Assembly (NCBI GenBank): GCA_963674865.2
Contig: CAXXYE010000009.1
Location: 704,001-768,000 of the forward strand
Reading direction: 5' to 3'
Length of the DNA stretch: 64,000 nucleotides
From: Candidatus Hydrogenedentota bacterium
GTDB lineage: Bacteria > Hydrogenedentota > Hydrogenedentia > Hydrogenedentales > SLHB01
The position numbers were made by a program, and so were the translations under genes. Each line of letters begins with the position of its first letter. Within the stretch, counting starts at the first letter, position 1. Below the pieces are notes generated by a model. The model saw only the letters and a program-made list of their open reading frames with translations, was not told where the DNA came from and made no database searches. This document shows positions 59,117 to 64,000 of this stretch, piece by piece.

Positions 59117-59226
59117 GCAATCTTCAAGACAGCCTGGACGATTCGAAAAAGCCGCTTGTGCCGTGCTATCTTCACGCCGTTTCTTCCACGGGGCGGGCTT
59201 CCCCCGCCAGTAGAAAGGAGCCGATA

Positions 59227-60210
59227 ATGAGCGACGCGATTCGCTGGGGAATCCTGAGTACGGGGGCCATTGCCAAGAAGTTTGCCGACGGTCTTAAGAG
59301 TGCCCAAGGGGCGGAACTTGTGGCTGTCGGCTCACGCACCCAAGCGGCGGCGGATACTTTCGGAGAGGCCTTCAGCGTGCCGCACCGGCACGGATCCTAT
59401 GCCGATCTGGCCAATGATCCCGACGTGGACGCGATTTACATTGGGACTCCACACTCTGCGCACAAGGACAGCGCCCTTCTTTGTCTTGATGCCGGCAAGG
59501 CGGTGTTGTGCGAGAAGCCCTTTGCCATCAACGCTTCCGAGACGCGCGCCATGATCGTGCGCGCGCGGGAGAAGAAGCTGTTTCTGATGGAAGCGATGTG
59601 GACGCGATTCATCCCGCTGATCGTGCGCGTGCGCGAACTGCTGGCGGAAGGCGTGATCGGAGAACCACGTATGGTGAGCGCCGATTTCGGTTTCAGGGCC
59701 GGTGTGAATCCGGAAGGCCGTTTGTTCAATCCGCACTTGGGCGGCGGCGGGCTGCTCGACGTGGGCATCTACACGCTCTCTTTCGCATCGATGGTGTTCG
59801 GCCGGCCGGCCGGCGTGGTGTCGGCGGCCCATCTTGGGGAGACGGGCGTGGACGAGCAGGCAGCCATGATCCTGCGCTATGATCAGGGCCAACTTGCCGT
59901 CCTTTCCACGGCGGTGCGTACGACGACGCCCCATGAGGCCACCATCATGGGCACCGGCGGGCGCATCCGCATCCACAGCCGGTTTTGGTGTCCGCAGAAG
60001 ATGACGGTATCGGTGGACGGCAAGGAAGACGAGGTCATCGAGATGCCGTTCACGGGTAACGGATACCATTTTGAGGCCGAGGAGACGATGCAGTGCCTGC
60101 GCGAGGGGAAAACCGAGAGCGCGGTGATGCCGCTCGATGAAACGCTCGAACTTATGGAAACAATGGATGAGATTCGCGGGCAGTGGGGCCTCAAGTATCC
60201 GATGGAATAG
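59227..60210 (+). CDS. Gfo/Idh/MocA family oxidoreductase
   Basis: ATG after AGAAAGGAG; IRWGILSTGAIA, YIGTPH..H, VLCEKP, MEAMWTRF, GGGLLDVGIY. Confidence 0.95.
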   Translation: MSDAIRWGILSTGAIAKKFADGLKSAQGAELVAVGSRTQAAADTFGEAFSVPHRHGSYADLANDPDVDAIYIGTPHSAHKDSALLCLDAGKAVLCEKPFAINASETRAMIVRAREKKLFLMEAMWTRFIPLIVRVRELLAEGVIGEPRMVSADFGFRAGVNPEGRLFNPHLGGGGLLDVGIYTLSFASMVFGRPAGVVSAAHLGETGVDEQAAMILRYDQGQLAVLSTAVRTTTPHEATIMGTGGRIRIHSRFWCPQKMTVSVDGKEDEVIEMPFTGNGYHFEAEETMQCLREGKTESAVMPLDETLELMETMDEIRGQWGLKYPME

Positions 60211-60262
60211 AGCGGGTTCGCGGGAGAAGTCCCCAAGAACGCGCGGTTAAGGAGTTTTCGGC

Positions 60263-61228
60263 ATGGAATTCGGACAGGTTCCCGGACTAACCACACCGGT
60301 TTCGAGGATTGTCCAAGGCACGATCATGCTGCGTGTCGATGCGATCGACCAGGGCTATGCTCTGTTAGACGCCGCTTTCGAGGCGGGCTACAACACGTTC
60401 GACACGGCCCACGGCTACGGCGGGGGCGACTGCGAACGGGTCCTGGGGCGGTGGATCAAAGATCGGGATATCCGTGACAAGGTTGTGATCCTTACGAAGG
60501 GTGCTCACCACAACGCCGACAGGCGCCGGGTGACGCCGTTTGACATCACGGCCGATCTGCATGATTCGCTCGCCCGGCTCGGTACGGATTACGTGGATCT
60601 CTATCTGCTCCACCGCGATGATCCGGCCGTGCCGGTTGGGCCGATTGTGGACGTACTCAACGAGCATTTCGAAGCGGGACGCATACGGGTATTCGGCGGG
60701 TCGAACTGGAGCCATGTGCGGCTGGCGGAAGCCAATGCCTACGCCGCCGCGCGGGGCGTGAAGCCTTTCGGCGCGAGCAGTCCCAACTTCAGCCTCGCGG
60801 AGCAGGTCGAGGAGCCCTGGGACAATTGCATTTCCATCGCGGGGCCGAGCCAATCCGAGGCCCGCGCGTGGTACCTCGATAACAAGATGCCCGTCTTTGC
60901 GTGGTCCAGCCTTGCCGGCGGTTTTTTCTCCGGCCGGTTTACCCGCGCGTCGATGGACGCGATGCCGGATGACTGCCCGGATATTCCGGTGCGGTGCTAC
61001 CGTTCCGAGGACAATTTGAAGCGTCTGGATCGGGTGCATGAGCTGGCGGCGAAAAAGGGCGTCTCCGTGCCGCAGGTGGCTGTGGCGTATGTGTTGCACC
61101 ACCCGATGGATACCTACGCCCTCGTGGCGCCGGTGAACTCGGCGGAGATACGGGATACGGCGGCGGCCGCGTCGCTAGTATTGACGGACGAAGAAATGGC
61201 CTGGTTGGACTTGCGGGAAGAGGCGTAA
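60263..61228 (+). CDS. Aldo/keto reductase
   Basis: FDTAHGYG, ILTKG, SLARLGTDYVDLYLLHRDD, GGSNW, WSSLAGG. Confidence 0.95.
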   Translation: MEFGQVPGLTTPVSRIVQGTIMLRVDAIDQGYALLDAAFEAGYNTFDTAHGYGGGDCERVLGRWIKDRDIRDKVVILTKGAHHNADRRRVTPFDITADLHDSLARLGTDYVDLYLLHRDDPAVPVGPIVDVLNEHFEAGRIRVFGGSNWSHVRLAEANAYAAARGVKPFGASSPNFSLAEQVEEPWDNCISIAGPSQSEARAWYLDNKMPVFAWSSLAGGFFSGRFTRASMDAMPDDCPDIPVRCYRSEDNLKRLDRVHELAAKKGVSVPQVAVAYVLHHPMDTYALVAPVNSAEIRDTAAAASLVLTDEEMAWLDLREEA

Positions 61229-61282
61229 CGGCGGCCACGGCCGAAGGGCATTCGCAGTCTGCGGGGGCCCGGATGGAGCAAG

Positions 61283-62470
61283 TCAGGTTAGGCGCTGCGC
61301 GTAGCGGGGATTCTTCGCGGACATGTCTTCGCGATATCGGGGCGGGTGCAGGCGGCTTGCGTCGAGATCGAGAAACGCGAGTAGCTTCGCCGAGAGCCAT
61401 TTCTCTATCTTGAGGACGGTCATCTTCCGGCGCAGGCGCCCCTGGACGTCGCGATTCGTGATGTACGGCATCGTGTTGAGCGCGACAATCTCGTGAAACT
61501 CCGGCGTATTAAGGTTTTCCCGCACCTCGCTTGAGGAGTAGTAGTGCGTGACGCAGAACACGGTGCGTTGCGCGCCGAGCTCCTTGAGCAGCCTACAGCA
61601 CTCGCGAATGGTGTTGCCGGTGCGCACCATGTCGTCCACCACTACGATGTCCCTCCCTTTGATCTGCTCGACGTTAACGTCGGAATCGGGGGCAATGGCA
61701 GAGTCGACGCTACGCTCGCCCGAGCGGCGTTTGGCCAAGCAGATCACGCCGGCACTGGCGCCGCCGAGCTTCTCGTGGATGTCGAGGGCCATGGCGCGAG
61801 CGCCTTCGTCGGGGGCGCAGAGGAGGACGCCTTCGCCAGAGCGGATGGCGGGAGCCACATCTGAGCGCAGCACGTAATCGGCGAAGATCTCGGTGGGAGA
61901 GAGGTCTACGAAGCGGTCTCCGAAAATGCCCTGGAAGGTCTTCTTGGCGGAGATGGAATGATTGTGGACGGTGAGCACCGCATCTACGCCGGCTACCTTG
62001 AGGACGCGCGCGTACAGCAGGCAAGAGAAGGGCTGCCCATCGAACTTCTTGAAGTCCTCAAGGTTCCTAGACTTGTCGCACATCCCCTGGTCTTCACGAG
62101 GGCCGCGGTCCTGGGCGGCAAAGAAGAGGTTGGGTTGCACAAGGATGACGTCCTTGGCGCCGTTGTCCTTGGCGGCGCCGGCGAGAAGGCATGTATGCCA
62201 CGCGATGTCGTTGCGTGTCAGCCGTGAGGAATCGGCCGCCACGATAACGACGGTGCGCTCATCGAGCAGATGGCCGATGTTGTCGTAGCGGTCGGGATCG
62301 CCTATGAACCGGGGGCAGAACTCCCCGTTGGCGAAGGTCTTGAGGGCGACGATGTCCGAGTAGTCGATCTTCTGCCCGGAGTACATCGCCACGTCGATGG
62401 CAAAAGGTTCGTCGGATTCGGTTGCGACAATGAGCGGATTGCTTTCCATGCTTGTTCCGGCATAGCGCAC
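61283..62470 (-). CDS. prs: Ribose-phosphate pyrophosphokinase, divergent with insertions
   Basis: FANGE, AQDR, TVHNHS, APDEGA, KRR, PRPP-binding VVVDDMVRTGNT, VTH. Start 62470 or 62449. Confidence 0.8.
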   Translation of the reverse strand: MRYAGTSMESNPLIVATESDEPFAIDVAMYSGQKIDYSDIVALKTFANGEFCPRFIGDPDRYDNIGHLLDERTVVIVAADSSRLTRNDIAWHTCLLAGAAKDNGAKDVILVQPNLFFAAQDRGPREDQGMCDKSRNLEDFKKFDGQPFSCLLYARVLKVAGVDAVLTVHNHSISAKKTFQGIFGDRFVDLSPTEIFADYVLRSDVAPAIRSGEGVLLCAPDEGARAMALDIHEKLGGASAGVICLAKRRSGERSVDSAIAPDSDVNVEQIKGRDIVVVDDMVRTGNTIRECCRLLKELGAQRTVFCVTHYYSSSEVRENLNTPEFHEIVALNTMPYITNRDVQGRLRRKMTVLKIEKWLSAKLLAFLDLDASRLHPPRYREDMSAKNPRYAQRLT

Positions 62471-62643
62471 CCCTCGAGGCGGTTCGCTGGGTGATGACCT
62501 AGACGGCTATGCAGAGACTCTAGCTTCCGGGGCCGGTGGGAGTCAACGCGCCGGCGTGCGCCGGCACACCTCGCTGCCGCGGGCCTGACTGACGTTGGGC
62601 GACTGGCCGTTCAGTCCGAGAACAGGATTTTTCCCGAAGCGCC

Positions 62644-63714
62644 TTACCAGCGGCGAACGTCGAGGGGGGTGGTCACATTGGTATCGTGTGCGGTGTGGAG
62701 TTGGCGTTGGGCCGTCGCGTAGACATGGCCGTCGTCGCCCACATAGGGGCGACTCAGGGCGAAGATGTTTGCGGCGAGCAGTCTAGCCTTTCCGCGGCCC
62801 GCGTCATAGCAGTAGAGATTGCGGAAATCGCGTTCGTCGAGCAGGGGGTGGCCGGCCAGCGGCTTGAATTCCTCCTTGGGAACGTGGTCAATCCAGGCCA
62901 CCAGACCTTCGCGCACGCTGGGCCCGTCAATGTACCGCTCCACCTGGGCGATGGCGCGGCTCTCTCCCGTGTCGAGTTTGTGCGCGTAGAGCGTCCATAT
63001 GTCGTTGTCCTTGGCGAAGTACACGACGAATCCGTCACTCACGTCGGCGGCGTCCCTGCCGGCGTTTTCGACGTTCAGAGAATGCGTGACGCCCGTGGCG
63101 ATATTGTGGGCGAACAGGGAGAAGCCTTGGTTGGGTTTCCCGCGCGCCCAGACGACGTGGTCGCCGTCGATGCGGGGCTCGTGGGCATAGTAGCCAGTCA
63201 CGGGGTCGAGCAACTGGGGCGTTGTCCCGTTCAGGTCCATGACGGCGACTGCCGAGCCGCGCTCGATGTCCTGCACCCATACGAGGCGGTTGCCGGATAT
63301 GTCCAACTCCCGGATCCTCTGTGCCTGCGCGACATCGCGCCGGCTTCCATCGCTCACATCGCACAGGACCACCGTGTCCGGGCCCGCATTCTTGCCGGTA
63401 GCGCGCATCACGTAAACCGCGCGGCTCCCGTCCATGGCCAGGCCGCCGCCGGGCCACGGGTTCTCTATCTCCGTCTCGGCGTTGGTGCTCAGGTTGCGGG
63501 CGACAAGGTGGTTCGGCGAACCGGATGTGCTTGCGGGAGTCCAGCAATAGACCATCCATTGCCCGGATACAACGAATTCGTGAACGCGTCGACCGCTCAG
63601 GTCGGCGGTCACGACAGTTCCTTTGGATGGCCCACATCCAGCAACGAGTACCACCGAAGCGATTGTGGCGGGCAGGAAAGCTCTACGAGCGGAGTTCCGG
63701 ATGATCGCCGTCAT
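62644..63714 (-). CDS. Beta-propeller (TolB-like) lipoprotein
   Basis: Lipobox LVAGC; repeated ISG/IDG-xx-VW/VY blades (VSGQWMVY, MDGSRAVY, ISGNRLVW, IDGDHVVW, VSDGFVVY). Confidence 0.75.
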   Translation of the reverse strand: MTAIIRNSARRAFLPATIASVVLVAGCGPSKGTVVTADLSGRRVHEFVVSGQWMVYCWTPASTSGSPNHLVARNLSTNAETEIENPWPGGGLAMDGSRAVYVMRATGKNAGPDTVVLCDVSDGSRRDVAQAQRIRELDISGNRLVWVQDIERGSAVAVMDLNGTTPQLLDPVTGYYAHEPRIDGDHVVWARGKPNQGFSLFAHNIATGVTHSLNVENAGRDAADVSDGFVVYFAKDNDIWTLYAHKLDTGESRAIAQVERYIDGPSVREGLVAWIDHVPKEEFKPLAGHPLLDERDFRNLYCYDAGRGKARLLAANIFALSRPYVGDDGHVYATAQRQLHTAHDTNVTTPLDVRRW

Positions 63715-64000
63715 TTTTGCGTGAATCCTTTTCTGAACGATGGTGTATAGATCATTAGAGGATCCTGTATGGGTTTCTAGCAGTTCTGAGAAGAAACTGC
63801 AAGATCTCGGCATTGTGCCCGATTGCCGAATTGGCATTCGGGCCGCGCTGTCGAGTCATTCGGCGATTGCGCCGTTCCAGCCGCCATAGCAGTGTGCGTA
63901 ATGCGGCATTCACGGAGATTGGCCGGGCAACGATGCCGCGCGGGAAGCTTCCGGCACAGCGGCCGAAGCTATCCGTTCGTGGCCGATCATTGTGCTGTGC

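Noticed and set aside
62686..63750. 354-aa plus-strand ORF
   Set aside because: Antisense to the lipoprotein, which has a lipobox and propeller repeats.

Overview
GC-rich bacterial chromosomal window. The gene repertoire loosely suggests Candidatus Hydrogenedentes or a similar carbohydrate-degrading lineage; this is an unverified inference. From left to right it holds: a truncated multi-Ig (carboxypeptidase-regulatory-like) protein; two secreted esterases; a ~12 kb co-oriented accessory block (5472-17636); a carbohydrate-catabolism region (AKR, PIG-L deacetylase, four large GH-like proteins); a cNMP-binding protein, a nucleotide-sugar epimerase, DUF1638, GYD and comF; the conserved ffh-rpsP-khpA-rimM-trmD-rplS-rnhB cluster; a polysaccharide-modification operon (three GT4, methyltransferase, pyruvyltransferase, frameshifted FrhB-like Fe-S protein); HDOD plus a PilB/GspE ATPase with doubled MshEN; a GH123-like protein, oxidoreductases, a divergent prs and a beta-propeller lipoprotein. 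The accessory block is the best candidate for an undescribed system. It encodes a TIR-STAND-TPR protein (one frameshift), a 2TM-RCK-RCK-RyR channel-like protein, a decayed TIR gene remnant missed by the ORF track, a Zn-ribbon protein, a DUF4062-NACHT-TPR protein with an 11 x 120-bp repeat array, and a SLOG-SLATT membrane protein. It reads as NLR-like sensors with TIR-fold enzymes coupled to two putative nucleotide-gated membrane effectors. No rRNA, tRNA, CRISPR array, integrase or transposase was recognised. All domain calls come from reading motifs by eye, not from database searches.
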